A DNA stretch of 64,000 nucleotides, taken from assembly GCA_963719495.1 (NCBI GenBank), contig CAVRCI010000012.1, positions 60,098-124,097 of the forward strand, in the 5' to 3' direction. Below are positions 1 to 10,011 of this stretch, in pieces. The notes below the pieces were generated by a model. It searched no databases. It saw only the letters and a list, made by a program, of their open reading frames with translations, and was not told where the DNA came from. The DNA is from an uncultured Verrucomicrobiae bacterium. GTDB lineage: Bacteria > Verrucomicrobiota > Verrucomicrobiia > Chthoniobacterales > JAATET01. The first letter of the stretch is position 1. Each line of letters begins with the position of its first letter. The position numbers were made by a program, and so were the translations under genes.

Positions 1-137
1 ACCGGGACAATGCCCCCTCCACCCCGGCACTCGAAGCGACCCCAAAACCGAAGGCCCTCGAGACCTGAAATTACGGCTCAATCTTCTGCCGAAACCATTG
101 ACGAAATCGCAAATGCACGTATCTTCACACAAAACTC

Positions 138-749
138 ATGAAAATTAAAAAGTCCCCCTCCGCATTCACCCTCATCGAGCTCCTCGTCGTGATCTCGATC
201 ATCGCAATTCTCGCCTCGCTGGCGATTCCCGCCGTCACCGGCGCGCTCACCCGCGGCCAGATGGTCCAAACGCTCAACAACGCCCGCCAGCTCCAGCTCG
301 CGACGCAAACGATGAGTCTGGATACCTTCACCTCCGGCAACGGCATGGCTTGGACCTTCGATGACACGGGCGCTCCGGCCGATCTTTCAACGTTCTTCCT
401 TAATCTGACCCGGGATAACTATCTCACCGAAAATGATCTCAACAAACTCCTCACGGCTCCCGGCATCGGTCCGGGTGCCAGTGGAACGCCCACTGCTTCG
501 AACATTGCATTCAAGATCTTCCAGGTTGCGGAGAATAACCCCGGCGATCAGCCGTTTGTCGTCACCAATAATTGGGCTGGAGGCGAGCTGACTCCCGATG
601 CCAGCCCTTACGGCAGCAAGGGATTCGTTCTCTTCCGCAAAGGCGGTGAAGGCAACTTCTTCACGCGTCCTTCTGAGGCCGCGAACGTGATTCCAGATAC
701 CACCGGCAGCGCAAATCCTGTGACTTACGTCGAAACTTTCATGCAGTAG
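138..749 (+). CDS. Prepilin-type N-terminal cleavage/methylation domain protein (type II secretion/pilin-like)
   Basis: N-terminus KKSPSA|FTLIELLVVISIIAILASLAIPAV matches the class III signal peptide motif. Confidence 0.85.
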   Translation: MKIKKSPSAFTLIELLVVISIIAILASLAIPAVTGALTRGQMVQTLNNARQLQLATQTMSLDTFTSGNGMAWTFDDTGAPADLSTFFLNLTRDNYLTENDLNKLLTAPGIGPGASGTPTASNIAFKIFQVAENNPGDQPFVVTNNWAGGELTPDASPYGSKGFVLFRKGGEGNFFTRPSEAANVIPDTTGSANPVTYVETFMQ

Positions 750-771
750 TCGACATACCCGTTACTTATCC

Positions 772-801
772 AAGACGCCGGACCCGCGGGTCCGGCGTTT
801 T
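772..801 (+). terminator. Probable intrinsic terminator after the pilin-like gene
   Basis: GC-rich hairpin gacgccggacc-cgcg-ggtccggcgtt running into a T tract, ~20 nt after the stop. Confidence 0.6.
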
Positions 802-804
802 CGT

Positions 805-1599
805 ATGCACATGAGACTATTTTCAACACTTCTCCTCGTTGCCGCGTTCTGCGTCGCTTGGACCGCTTGCGGCCCGGTGGCATCCACCTCGACCCTCACC
901 GTCGGCATGGATCTCTCCTACCCGCCATTCGAGACCATCGACGAGTCGGGGGAGCCTTCCGGAATCAGCGTCGAAATCGCCGAAGCGCTCGGCGACTACC
1001 TCGCCCGACCCGTCCGGATCGAAAACATTCCGTTCGTCGGCCTCATCCCCGCTCTCCAGACCAACAAGGTTGATCTCGTGATTTCATCCATGACCGAAAC
1101 CAGCGAACGCGCCGAATCGATCGATTTCTCCGACCCCTACCTCTCCACCGGCCTCGCGCTCCTCGTCGGAACCGAATCACCGATCACGTCGGCCGATGAC
1201 CTCGACCAGCCGGAGCGCACCATCGCGGTGCGCCAGGGAACGACCGGCGAGACCTACGCCCGCTCGGCGTTCACCCAGGCCAAAGTCCTCGCCCTCGAGA
1301 AGGAATCATCCGCCGTCCTCGAAGTCATTCAAGGCAAGGCCGACGCCTTCATCTACGACCAGATGTCCGTCTGGCAGAACGCCCGCCAGCATCCCGGCGA
1401 AACCAAAGCTCTGCTCCAACCCATCAAGGAAGAGTCCTGGGTAATCGGGATCAAGAAGGGCAACGACAGCCTTCGCGATCAGGTGAACGCCTTCCTCCGA
1501 ATCTTCCGCTCCGCCGAAGGCTTCGAGCAGCTCGGCGACAAATACCTCGGCGACCAAAAAGAAGCCTTCGAGCGCGAAAACATCCCGTTCTACTTCTAG
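805..1599 (+). CDS. Polar amino-acid ABC transporter substrate-binding lipoprotein (SBP family 3)
   Basis: Lipobox-like WTAC; motifs VGMDLSYPPFE, LIPALQ..KVDLVISSM..T.ER...IDFSDPY. Confidence 0.9.
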   Translation: MHMRLFSTLLLVAAFCVAWTACGPVASTSTLTVGMDLSYPPFETIDESGEPSGISVEIAEALGDYLARPVRIENIPFVGLIPALQTNKVDLVISSMTETSERAESIDFSDPYLSTGLALLVGTESPITSADDLDQPERTIAVRQGTTGETYARSAFTQAKVLALEKESSAVLEVIQGKADAFIYDQMSVWQNARQHPGETKALLQPIKEESWVIGIKKGNDSLRDQVNAFLRIFRSAEGFEQLGDKYLGDQKEAFERENIPFYF

Positions 1600-1745
1600 A
1601 GCACTTTCAAACTGGTTGGACGACTTGATCCGGCAAGCGGGGGGAGGGCGTCCCGCCCTCCTGATCCAAAAATTAGGACGAGACGTCCCCACCCCGTTTT
1701 CGTCGGCTCTTGCCGAGGTCGCCAGTGACTTTGAAATTGCGCTAA
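1596..1745. mobile_element. Putative ~150-bp MITE-like element with a nested palindromic pair
   Basis: Imperfect terminal inverted repeats ctagagcactttcaaa / tttgaaattgcgctaa; internal inverted pair gggggagggcgtcccgccct ... aggacgagacgtccccaccccg. Confidence 0.4.
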
Positions 1746-1782
1746 GCCGAAATCCGACGAAAGACAATCGCCGTTGGCAAAA

Positions 1783-1900
1783 ATCCAACCCGGAGGGCGA
1801 GGCTCCGACCGAGCCGTATTCGCATCGCATCGCCGTCGACGAGCGGGAGATCAGTCGCTTCAGGCGCTGACGCAACGGCTCGGCGGGAGCCTTGGCTTCC
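1783..1900. repeat. REP-like inverted pair, GGAGGGCGAGGCTCC(C)GCCGAGCC family
   Basis: ccggagggcgaggctccgaccgagccg with mate cggctcggcgggagccttggcttcc; same motif recurs at 32591, 32611, 57206 and 61541. Confidence 0.75.
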
Positions 1901-2092
1901 ACTCACGAGGGTCTCCGGGTGCAAAGGATCGTCGTTTGATGCCAGTCTCCCTTGGATATCGGACGCACTCCGAAGTTCGTGCCATCGGCTTCCAGCCGAT
2001 CACCGCCCGAAAATCAGCTTGAAGCCGATTCGACTCGATACCCGAAAGGGCGCAGTCGCCCGGAACTTTGGTGTGAGGCCCGAGATTCGGCC

Positions 2093-2953
2093 TCATTCCT
2101 CCGGCGCCAGGGCCGGGATCGCATACTCCCGCACGACCGCCATGTGCTGCATCTGGAAGCGCTCGCTGTCGCCCCGCCGCACCGGTTCCCCCAACGGCGC
2201 GAAGACCCGCGAGTCAAAGACCAACCCATGTGGAAATTCCTCCCCACCAACCGTCACCGGCACCTCGAAGCCGGCCAGCTCCTTCTCCGGCAGCACCCAG
2301 TCGTAGAGCTTTTCGCGCCTCGCATTCGTGTCGCCATCACCCGCCTGATCGACCGGCAGGTCACCATCCGTGGCGAAGACCTCCCCCAGGACCTCGATCG
2401 CCGGCGAATTCCTCGACGCCGTGTTGAAATCCCCGCCCAGCACGACCAGATCCTCCGGCGGAATGTCCGCCAGAAACCGACGCACCAGCTCCTCCGATTC
2501 CTCCACCCGCACGACTGATTTCTGCGAATACAAATGCACGCTGATCGCCCACAACATCCGCCCGTTTGGGAGAGCGATCTTCGCCCAGGCGAAATCGCGG
2601 TTCGTCTGCGTCGGATCGTCCCACTCGCCGGATTCGACGATGGGATACCGGCTCACAATGCCGTTCGGAATCCCCTCACCCTCCTCGCGAGAGAATTCAA
2701 ACTCCTCGCCGAACGTGTCCCGAACCCATTCCGCCGTCGGCACCTCGCTGTTGAACTCCTGCATCAACGCAATGTCCGGCTCGAGAAACCGAAGAATCCG
2801 CGCACCCGCACCCTCCGGATCCGCCGCCAGCGCGTAGGTCTGATACCGCCCGCTCGTCAGGTTCGAAGCGACGACCCGGACCTCGACCACCTCCGCTCCG
2901 ACTGGCGGGGAAATCGCTAGCAACAGACAAGTCAGACGAATGAGCATTTTCAT
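2093..2953 (-). CDS. Secreted endonuclease/exonuclease/phosphatase (EEP) family protein
   Basis: Signal peptide; motifs VASNL, PDIALMQEFN, ISVHL, VLGGDFN, YDWV, C-terminal QHMAV. Confidence 0.85.
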   Translation of the reverse strand: MKMLIRLTCLLLAISPPVGAEVVEVRVVASNLTSGRYQTYALAADPEGAGARILRFLEPDIALMQEFNSEVPTAEWVRDTFGEEFEFSREEGEGIPNGIVSRYPIVESGEWDDPTQTNRDFAWAKIALPNGRMLWAISVHLYSQKSVVRVEESEELVRRFLADIPPEDLVVLGGDFNTASRNSPAIEVLGEVFATDGDLPVDQAGDGDTNARREKLYDWVLPEKELAGFEVPVTVGGEEFPHGLVFDSRVFAPLGEPVRRGDSERFQMQHMAVVREYAIPALAPEE

Positions 2954-3021
2954 AAATTTGAAGATTTAGGATCGTTTAACACCGAACCTAAAAAATACTG
3001 GATCAATTCCAAAGGTTCGAT

Positions 3022-4248
3022 ATGAGTCGAACTATGATGGACGGGCGGATTCGATTGGAGAGAAAAAAACTCGTCGGTCTCGCGGCCCTGCTTCTGACCG
3101 TGATCGGCTGTGAGAAGAGACCCGAAGCGCCCGCCCGCCCCGCCCCGTCGGTGACGGTGGCCCAGCCGGTGTCGGAGCGCCTGATCGAATGGAACGAATA
3201 CACGGCCCGGCTCGCGGCCGTCGAAGCGGTCGAGATTCGGCCACGCGTCAGCGGATACATCGACTCCGTCCACTTCACCGAAGGCGAGCGTGTCGCCGAG
3301 GGTGATCTCCTTTTCAGCATCGACCCCAGACCCTTCGTCGCCGAGGTCAACCGCGCGAAAGCCGGTCTCGCTCAAGCCAACGCCGCCGCCAGCCTCGGCC
3401 GGGCGAACCTCAAGCGCGCCATCGAGCTGGCCCGGACGCAGGTGATCTCCAAGGAGGAGGCCGACATCCGGCAATCCGAATCGCTTCAGGCCGACGCCGA
3501 CGTCGAGGAGGCGCGGGCCAACCTCGACGCCGCGACTCTTCAGCTGGACTACACCAAAATCTCCGCCCCGATCTCCGGCATTGCCGGCCGTTACCTCGTG
3601 ACCCGGGGTAATCTGATCCAAGGTGGATCGGGCCAGGGGACGCTGCTCACGACCGTCGTTCCGCACGATCCGATCTACGCTTATTTCGAAACCGACGAGG
3701 CGGCCGTCCTCAGTAGTATTCGCCGATTTTTCGAGGGGAAAATCGCGGGCCGCGGCGAGGAGGGCAGCCGTCCCATTGAAATGGAGCTGGCCGACGAAAC
3801 CGATTTTCCGCGGAGGGGTGAGGTCGATTTCATCGATAACCAGCTCGACACCGATACGGCGACCCTGCTGATTCGCGGGAAGTTCGAGAACGACAATTTC
3901 CTGCTCACACCCGGCATGTTTGCCCGCGTTCGCGTCCCCGCCAGCGACGAATACGACGCGATCCTCATTCCCGACGAGGCCATCGGAGCCGACCTGTCCC
4001 AGCGCTTCGTCTGGGTGCTCGGCGAGGACAACAAGGTCGAGCGTCGCACCGTCGAACTCGGGCCCCATCACCAGAAACTGCGCATCGTCCGCTCGGGCCT
4101 CTCGACCGACGACCAGCTCGTAATCCGCGGCACCCAGACGCTCCGTCCCGGCACCGAGGTCAAGCCGGAGGAAGGCAGGATCGATACCGGCGACGCGGAG
4201 CCGACGCCGACGCCAGCCGCCACGCCGGTCGAGGAGGACGCTCGGTGA
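3022..4248 (+). CDS. RND efflux periplasmic adaptor (membrane fusion protein)
   Basis: Lipobox VIGC; VEIRPRVSGYI..V.F.EG..V..GDLLF.IDPRP; TKISAPISG; LTPGMFARV. Start codon uncertain. Confidence 0.92.
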   Translation: MSRTMMDGRIRLERKKLVGLAALLLTVIGCEKRPEAPARPAPSVTVAQPVSERLIEWNEYTARLAAVEAVEIRPRVSGYIDSVHFTEGERVAEGDLLFSIDPRPFVAEVNRAKAGLAQANAAASLGRANLKRAIELARTQVISKEEADIRQSESLQADADVEEARANLDAATLQLDYTKISAPISGIAGRYLVTRGNLIQGGSGQGTLLTTVVPHDPIYAYFETDEAAVLSSIRRFFEGKIAGRGEEGSRPIEMELADETDFPRRGEVDFIDNQLDTDTATLLIRGKFENDNFLLTPGMFARVRVPASDEYDAILIPDEAIGADLSQRFVWVLGEDNKVERRTVELGPHHQKLRIVRSGLSTDDQLVIRGTQTLRPGTEVKPEEGRIDTGDAEPTPTPAATPVEEDAR

Positions 4249-4330
4249 AGCTCTCCTCACTTCGACCACTACGAACCGCCGGAAACCTCGTGGAAGCGGA
4301 AGCCACGACGCTTCCAACCATGGCCGCCCG

Positions 4331-7300
4331 ATGAACCTGAGCCATTTCTTCATCGACCGGCCGCGGTTCGCCGCCGTGCTCTCCATCGTCATCATGATCG
4401 TGGGCGGGATCTCCTACTTCACGCTGCCGATCGCGCAATTCCCGGAGGTCGCGCCACCGACCGTCGTCGTCCGCGCCAACTACCCGGGAGCGACGCCGAA
4501 CGTGATCGCCGAGACCGTCGCCGCGCCGCTCGAGCAGGAGATCAACGGTGTCGAAAACATGATCTACCTCAGCTCGCAGGCCACGTCCGACGGCGGGCTC
4601 GCGATCACGGTGACCTTCGCGCTCGGCACCGATCTCGACGAAGCCCAGGTCCTCGTGCAGAACCGCGTCGCCATCGCGGAGCCGCGTCTGCCGGAGGAAG
4701 TCCGCCGCATCGGTGTGACCGTCATCAAGAGCACACCCGACCTCCTGATGGTCGTCCAGATGTTCTCGCCCGACGAGACCTTCGACGAGCTCTACGTCAG
4801 CAACTACGCCATCCTACAGGTCCGCGAGAAGCTCCGCCGCATTGATGGTGTCGGCGAAGTCCGCCTCTTCGGCGCGCGTGAATACAGCATGCGAATCTGG
4901 CTCGACCCGGATCGCCTTTCTTCGCTCAGCATGACGCCCGGCGAAGTCGTCGACGCCCTTCGCGAACAGAACGTTCAGGTCGCCGCCGGCGCCTTCGGTC
5001 AGCAGCCAGCGCCGCCCGGCACGGCGACGCAGATCAACATCAGCGCGCTCGGGCGCCTGAGCGAAGAAACGGAATTCGAGAACATCGTCGTCAAGACCGG
5101 CTCGGACGGCAAAGTCGTTCGCCTCCGCGACGTCGCCCGCGTCGAGCTCGGCGCGCTCGACTACGGCGTCAACAACTACGCCACCGACATCCCCGCCCTC
5201 GCGATGCCGATCTCCCAACGTCCGGGATCGAATGCCCTCGAGACCTCGCGACTCATCCGCGAGGCGATGACCGAAATGAGCCGCGATTTTCCGGAGGGCC
5301 TCGAATACGCGATCATCTACGACCCGACCGTCTTCATCGCGGAATCCGTCGAATCCGTGAAGCACACGATCTACGAGGCCATCATCCTCGTGGTGCTCGT
5401 GATCATGGTCTTCCTCCAATCGTGGCGCGCCTCGGTCATCCCGCTCGTTGCCATCCCGGTCTCGCTCATCGGGACGTTCGCCTGCATGGAGGCGCTCGGA
5501 TTTTCGCTGAACAATCTGTCGCTCTTCGGCCTCGTGCTGGCGATCGGTATCGTGGTCGACGACGCCATCGTCGTGGTCGAAAATATCCAGCGCAACCTCG
5601 AGGAAGGCCTCGAGCCACGCGAAGCCGCCCGCAAGGCGATGACCGAAGTGAGCGGCGCGGTGATCGCAACGACGCTCGTGATGGTCGCCATCTTTGTGCC
5701 GACGGCGTTTCTGCCCGGGATCTCGGGAGAATTCTATCGGCAGTTCGCCCTCACGATCGCGTGTTCCGTCACCATCTCGAGTTTCGTTTCGCTCACGCTC
5801 AGCCCGGCGCTTTGCGCAATTCTGCTCAAGCCCGAGGATGCGAAGCCGGATTGGTTTACCCGGATGTGGAACTTCCTCTTTGGCTGGTTCTTCAGGGGCT
5901 TCAACTGGGTCTTCGACAAAGTCATCGGCGGATACACCGGTGCCGTGCGTCGACTCGTCCGGCTGAGCCTCATCGCGATGCTTTTCTACGTTGGAATGCT
6001 CGCGCTCACGTGGTTTGGGTTCCGCGTCGTCCCGGCTGGCTTCATCCCGCAGCAGGACCAGGGTTACGCCATCATCGCGGCCCAACTGCCCGACGGAGCC
6101 TCGTTGCAACGCACCGACGCGGTTGTGAAGGATCTCGTGAAAATCGCCACGGGAGTCGAGGGGATCGAAAGCGTCGTCGCGTTCGCTGGCTTCAACGGCG
6201 CGACCTTCACCAACGCGCCGAACTCTGCCGCGATGTTTCCGGTTTTCCTCCCGTTCGAGGAGCGCTCCAAAAAAGGAATCACCGGCGAATCCATCATCGC
6301 CGAACTTCGCCAACGCACGGCAGCCATTCAGGACGCCATCGTGTTCGTGATCCCGCCGCCATCCGTGCGCGGCATCGGCAATGGCGGCGGCTTCAAGATG
6401 ATGCTCGAGGACCGCGCCGACCTCGGCTCGCAGGCCCTGCAGGACGCGGCGATGCGACTGATCGCCGCCGCGAACTCCGAGCCCGTCATCGCGCAGGCTT
6501 TCACAGCCTTCCGCGCCAGCGTCCCGCGCTACTTCGCCGACGTCGACCGCGTGAAGGCGAAGATGCTCGACGTCCCGCTCGGCAACGTCTTTTCGGCGAT
6601 GCAGATTTACCTCGGCTCGCTCTTCGTGAACGACCTCAACCTCTTCGGTCGCACCTACCGCGTTACCGCGCAGGCCGACATCCCGTTCCGCGACGAAGCC
6701 AGGGACCTCGACCGATTAAAAACCCGCAACAACACCGGCGGCATGGTCCCGCTCGGATCGCTCGTGGAACTGAAACTCACGACCGGCCCCGACCGTTTCG
6801 TTCGCTACAACCTGTATCCCGCCCTGGCAATTCAGGGGTCCGCCGCGCCCGGATTCTCGACCGGTGAAGTCATTCAAACGATGGAGCGGCTCGCCGCCGA
6901 CATTCTCCCACCGGGCGTCACCTACGAGTGGACCGAACTCGCCTACCAGGAGACGCAGGCCGGCTCGACGGGACTGCTCGTGTTTCCGCTCGCGGTGCTC
7001 TTCGTCTTCCTCGTGCTCGTCGCGCAATACGAGAACTGGTCGCTGCCGCTGGCCGTCATCATGATCGTGCCGATGTGCCTGATCGGCGCGATCTGGTTCG
7101 TCTGGCTCCGCGGCATGGACAACAACATCCTCACGCAAATTGGCCTCGTCGTGCTGATCGGCCTGGCGGCAAAAAATGCCATCCTCATCGTGGAATTTGC
7201 CAAGCAGAAAGAAGACGATGGCCTCGGTCTCTTCGACGCCGCCGTCGAAGCGTCGAAGCTGCGCCTGCGCCCGATCCTCATGACGTCGTTCGCGTTCATC

Positions 7301-7477
7301 CTCGGCGTCGTGCCTCTCGTCATCGCGAGCGGAGCGGGATCGGAGATGCGTCAGTCGCTGGGCACCGCCGTTTTCGGCGGCATGCTCGGCGTCACGATCT
7401 TTGGTGTCTTCCTGACGCCCGTCTTCTACGTCCTGATCCGAAGACTCGGCGGCGGCGGAAAGGGACATCGTGGCTGA
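4331..7477 (+). CDS. RND efflux permease subunit (HAE1, AcrB/MexF-like)
   Basis: 1048 aa; FFIDRPRFA, GLVLAIGIVVDDAIVVVEN, KNAILIVEFA, RLRPILMTSFAFILGVVPL. Confidence 0.96.
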   Translation: MNLSHFFIDRPRFAAVLSIVIMIVGGISYFTLPIAQFPEVAPPTVVVRANYPGATPNVIAETVAAPLEQEINGVENMIYLSSQATSDGGLAITVTFALGTDLDEAQVLVQNRVAIAEPRLPEEVRRIGVTVIKSTPDLLMVVQMFSPDETFDELYVSNYAILQVREKLRRIDGVGEVRLFGAREYSMRIWLDPDRLSSLSMTPGEVVDALREQNVQVAAGAFGQQPAPPGTATQINISALGRLSEETEFENIVVKTGSDGKVVRLRDVARVELGALDYGVNNYATDIPALAMPISQRPGSNALETSRLIREAMTEMSRDFPEGLEYAIIYDPTVFIAESVESVKHTIYEAIILVVLVIMVFLQSWRASVIPLVAIPVSLIGTFACMEALGFSLNNLSLFGLVLAIGIVVDDAIVVVENIQRNLEEGLEPREAARKAMTEVSGAVIATTLVMVAIFVPTAFLPGISGEFYRQFALTIACSVTISSFVSLTLSPALCAILLKPEDAKPDWFTRMWNFLFGWFFRGFNWVFDKVIGGYTGAVRRLVRLSLIAMLFYVGMLALTWFGFRVVPAGFIPQQDQGYAIIAAQLPDGASLQRTDAVVKDLVKIATGVEGIESVVAFAGFNGATFTNAPNSAAMFPVFLPFEERSKKGITGESIIAELRQRTAAIQDAIVFVIPPPSVRGIGNGGGFKMMLEDRADLGSQALQDAAMRLIAAANSEPVIAQAFTAFRASVPRYFADVDRVKAKMLDVPLGNVFSAMQIYLGSLFVNDLNLFGRTYRVTAQADIPFRDEARDLDRLKTRNNTGGMVPLGSLVELKLTTGPDRFVRYNLYPALAIQGSAAPGFSTGEVIQTMERLAADILPPGVTYEWTELAYQETQAGSTGLLVFPLAVLFVFLVLVAQYENWSLPLAVIMIVPMCLIGAIWFVWLRGMDNNILTQIGLVVLIGLAAKNAILIVEFAKQKEDDGLGLFDAAVEASKLRLRPILMTSFAFILGVVPLVIASGAGSEMRQSLGTAVFGGMLGVTIFGVFLTPVFYVLIRRLGGGGKGHRG

Positions 7478-8078
7478 CGCGACTTCGCTCGTCGACGGAC
7501 GCTGCGGGTGGGGCGCCGAGCCGGAGATCTACCGCCGATACCACGACGAAGAGTGGGGCCGCCCGGTCGCCGACGACCGGCGGCTCTTCGAAAAAATCTG
7601 TCTCGAAGGATTCCAGAGCGGCCTGAGCTGGCTGACCATTCTCAAGAAGCGGGAAAATTTCCGCGCCGCCTTCGCGGGCTTTGATTTTCGTAAAATCGCC
7701 GAGTTCGACCAGACCGACGAGACCCGCCTGATGAACGACGCCGGCATCGTCCGCCACCGCGGCAAAATCCAGGCGACCGTCAACAACGCCCGCCGCGCCG
7801 TCGAGCTCGTCGAGGAATGCGGCTCACTCGCCGCGTATTTCTGGCGCTGGGAACCGCCCACCGCCGCGACCGGCGCATTCGTCAGCCAATCGCCGGAGTC
7901 CCGGGCGCTCAGCAAAGATCTGCGGCGGCGCGGCTGGAAATTTGTCGGTCCCACCACCGCCTACGCGTTCATGCAAGCCATGGGCCTCGTGAACGACCAC
8001 CTCCCCGGCTGCCGGGCGCTCGCCGAATGCGCCCGCACTCGCGACATTTTCGTCAAGCCAGGCGTGCGGTGCAAATAG
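7470..8078 (+). CDS. tag: DNA-3-methyladenine glycosylase I
   Basis: RCGW...YHDEEWG, LFEKICLEGFQSGLSWLTIL.KRENFR, FVGPTT.YAFMQAMGLVNDH. Confidence 0.95.
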   Translation: MADATSLVDGRCGWGAEPEIYRRYHDEEWGRPVADDRRLFEKICLEGFQSGLSWLTILKKRENFRAAFAGFDFRKIAEFDQTDETRLMNDAGIVRHRGKIQATVNNARRAVELVEECGSLAAYFWRWEPPTAATGAFVSQSPESRALSKDLRRRGWKFVGPTTAYAFMQAMGLVNDHLPGCRALAECARTRDIFVKPGVRCK

Positions 8079-8163
8079 GGCCCGGTCGACCCGGCCCGTA
8101 CAAAAGGTTTTCCATCACCGGGTCGTTCCAATATTTTCCGCGTCTCCCCTCGTGGGAGTCATC

Positions 8164-8814
8164 ATGCGTTACAAAACTCTGATTTTTCACGGTGGCTGGG
8201 ATGGCCACTCACCAACCGAAATGGCGAACAAAACCGCCGAATCCCTGGGTCGCGAGGGCCACGATGTCGTCCTGAGCGACTCCCTCGATTGCCTCACCGA
8301 TGCCGACGCGCTTCTGAACTACGACCTGATCGTGCCGTGCTGGACGATGGGAACTCTGCCGGAAGGCGCGATCGCCAACCTCACCGCCGCCGTGCGCGCC
8401 GGCACGGGACTCGCCGGTTTCCACGGCGGGATGGGCGATGCCTTCCGCGGCGAAATCGATTTCGAATGGATGGCCGGTGGACACTTCCTCGGTCACCCGA
8501 CCGTCGGCACCTACGAAGTCCAGGTCACCCAACCCGACAATCCGATCATGGCCGGCGTCCCGGCGACCTTCGAATACGACTCCGAGCAATACTACATGGC
8601 CATGGATCCGGCCGTCACCGTGCTCGCCGAGACGCCCTACACCTACGAAGCGCAGACCGTGGCGATGCCCGCCGTCTGGACGCGGACGTGGGGCCAGGGG
8701 CGCGTCTTTTATTCGGCCTTCGGTCACAAGATCGAGGAGTTCGACACCTACCCGTTTGTCTGGGACATGACCGTGCGCGGACTTGTCTGGGCCACCCGCC
8801 CGGGGGTCGAATGA
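8164..8814 (+). CDS. ThuA-like domain protein
   Basis: GGWDGHSP, PCWTMG, GLAGFHGGMGDAFR, EQYYM, WGQGRVFYSAFGH; ATG at 8164. Confidence 0.85.
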   Translation: MRYKTLIFHGGWDGHSPTEMANKTAESLGREGHDVVLSDSLDCLTDADALLNYDLIVPCWTMGTLPEGAIANLTAAVRAGTGLAGFHGGMGDAFRGEIDFEWMAGGHFLGHPTVGTYEVQVTQPDNPIMAGVPATFEYDSEQYYMAMDPAVTVLAETPYTYEAQTVAMPAVWTRTWGQGRVFYSAFGHKIEEFDTYPFVWDMTVRGLVWATRPGVE

Positions 8815-9902
8815 GCCAGCGCACCCGCATCGGCATCGTTGGCTGCGGCGACATCGCCCGGAAGGCGTACCTCCCCTTCATCCGCGAGCGCGAGGAATGT
8901 GAGATCGTGGCCTGCGCGGACGTCCGCGCCGACGTCGCGGCGACCCTCGCAACCGACTTCGGTATCCCGACCGTCCACACTCTCGACGAAATGCTCGCCG
9001 ACCCGGGCGTCGACGTCATCCTCAACCTCACGCACCCCGCCGCCCACGCGCCGGTGAACCTCGCCGCGCTCGAAAACGGCAAACACGTCGTCTGCGAAAA
9101 ACCCTTCGCTCTCGACCGCGAAGAAGGCCAGGCCGTGCTCGCGAAGTCCAGGGAGACCGGCCTGCTCGTCGCCTGCGCACCCGACACCGTGCTCGGCCCC
9201 GGCACCCAGACCGCCCGCCAGGCCATCGACTCGGGATTGATCGGCCAGCCCGTCGGCGGCCGCGTGATGTGGACCTGTGGCGGCCACGAAGCCTGGCACC
9301 CGAATCCGGCTTTCTACTACCAGCACGGCGGCGGCCCCATGCTCGACATGGGACCCTATTACCTCTCCGCGCTGGTCCATTTGCTCGGCCCCATCAAGAG
9401 CATCATCGGTCGCACGAGCCGCGCCCACGACTCCCGCACGATTGCCAGCCAGCCGCTCGCGGGTTCGGCCATCGACGTCGAGGTCGCCACGCATTACTCG
9501 GGGGTCGTCGAGATGGTCAGCGGAGTTCACGTCGTCGCGCTCATGAGTTTCGACGTCCCGGGATCGCCCGATTTTGGTTCTCTTCCCGAGATCATGGGCA
9601 GCAAGGGCACCCTGGTTTCGAGCGATCCGAACAGCTTCGCGGGAGAAGTCCGCTATCGGGCCGACAGCAAGGATTGGCTGACGGTCGATTCGAAGTTCGA
9701 CTATCCCGCCGGTCGCGGCCTCGGCCTCGTGGACCTCGTGCATTCGATCCACTCCGGGCAGGCCCCGCGGGCCAGCGGCGAGCTGGCCTACCACGTCCTC
9801 GACGCGATGCTGGCCTTCGAGGATTCCGAGCGCACCGGACGACGGATCGACCTCGAGTCGACCTGCGAACGCCCCACCGCCATCGGCGAACGCGGCTTGT
9901 AA
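8811..9902 (+). CDS. Gfo/Idh/MocA family oxidoreductase
   Basis: RIGIVGCGDI, GKHVVCEKP, GGPMLDMGPYY; ATG at 8811 overlaps the ThuA stop (ATGA). Confidence 0.92.
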   Translation: MSQRTRIGIVGCGDIARKAYLPFIREREECEIVACADVRADVAATLATDFGIPTVHTLDEMLADPGVDVILNLTHPAAHAPVNLAALENGKHVVCEKPFALDREEGQAVLAKSRETGLLVACAPDTVLGPGTQTARQAIDSGLIGQPVGGRVMWTCGGHEAWHPNPAFYYQHGGGPMLDMGPYYLSALVHLLGPIKSIIGRTSRAHDSRTIASQPLAGSAIDVEVATHYSGVVEMVSGVHVVALMSFDVPGSPDFGSLPEIMGSKGTLVSSDPNSFAGEVRYRADSKDWLTVDSKFDYPAGRGLGLVDLVHSIHSGQAPRASGELAYHVLDAMLAFEDSERTGRRIDLESTCERPTAIGERGL

Positions 9903-10011
9903 CCAAGTGGCGCGCAGCGCCAATCCTTCAAAGGTAGGGATGGTCGCGCCGCGCCAGCCGTCACTTCCCCGCGGGACTCTCGACGCCAACCGAGCACGGG
10001 ATCGCGATCCG

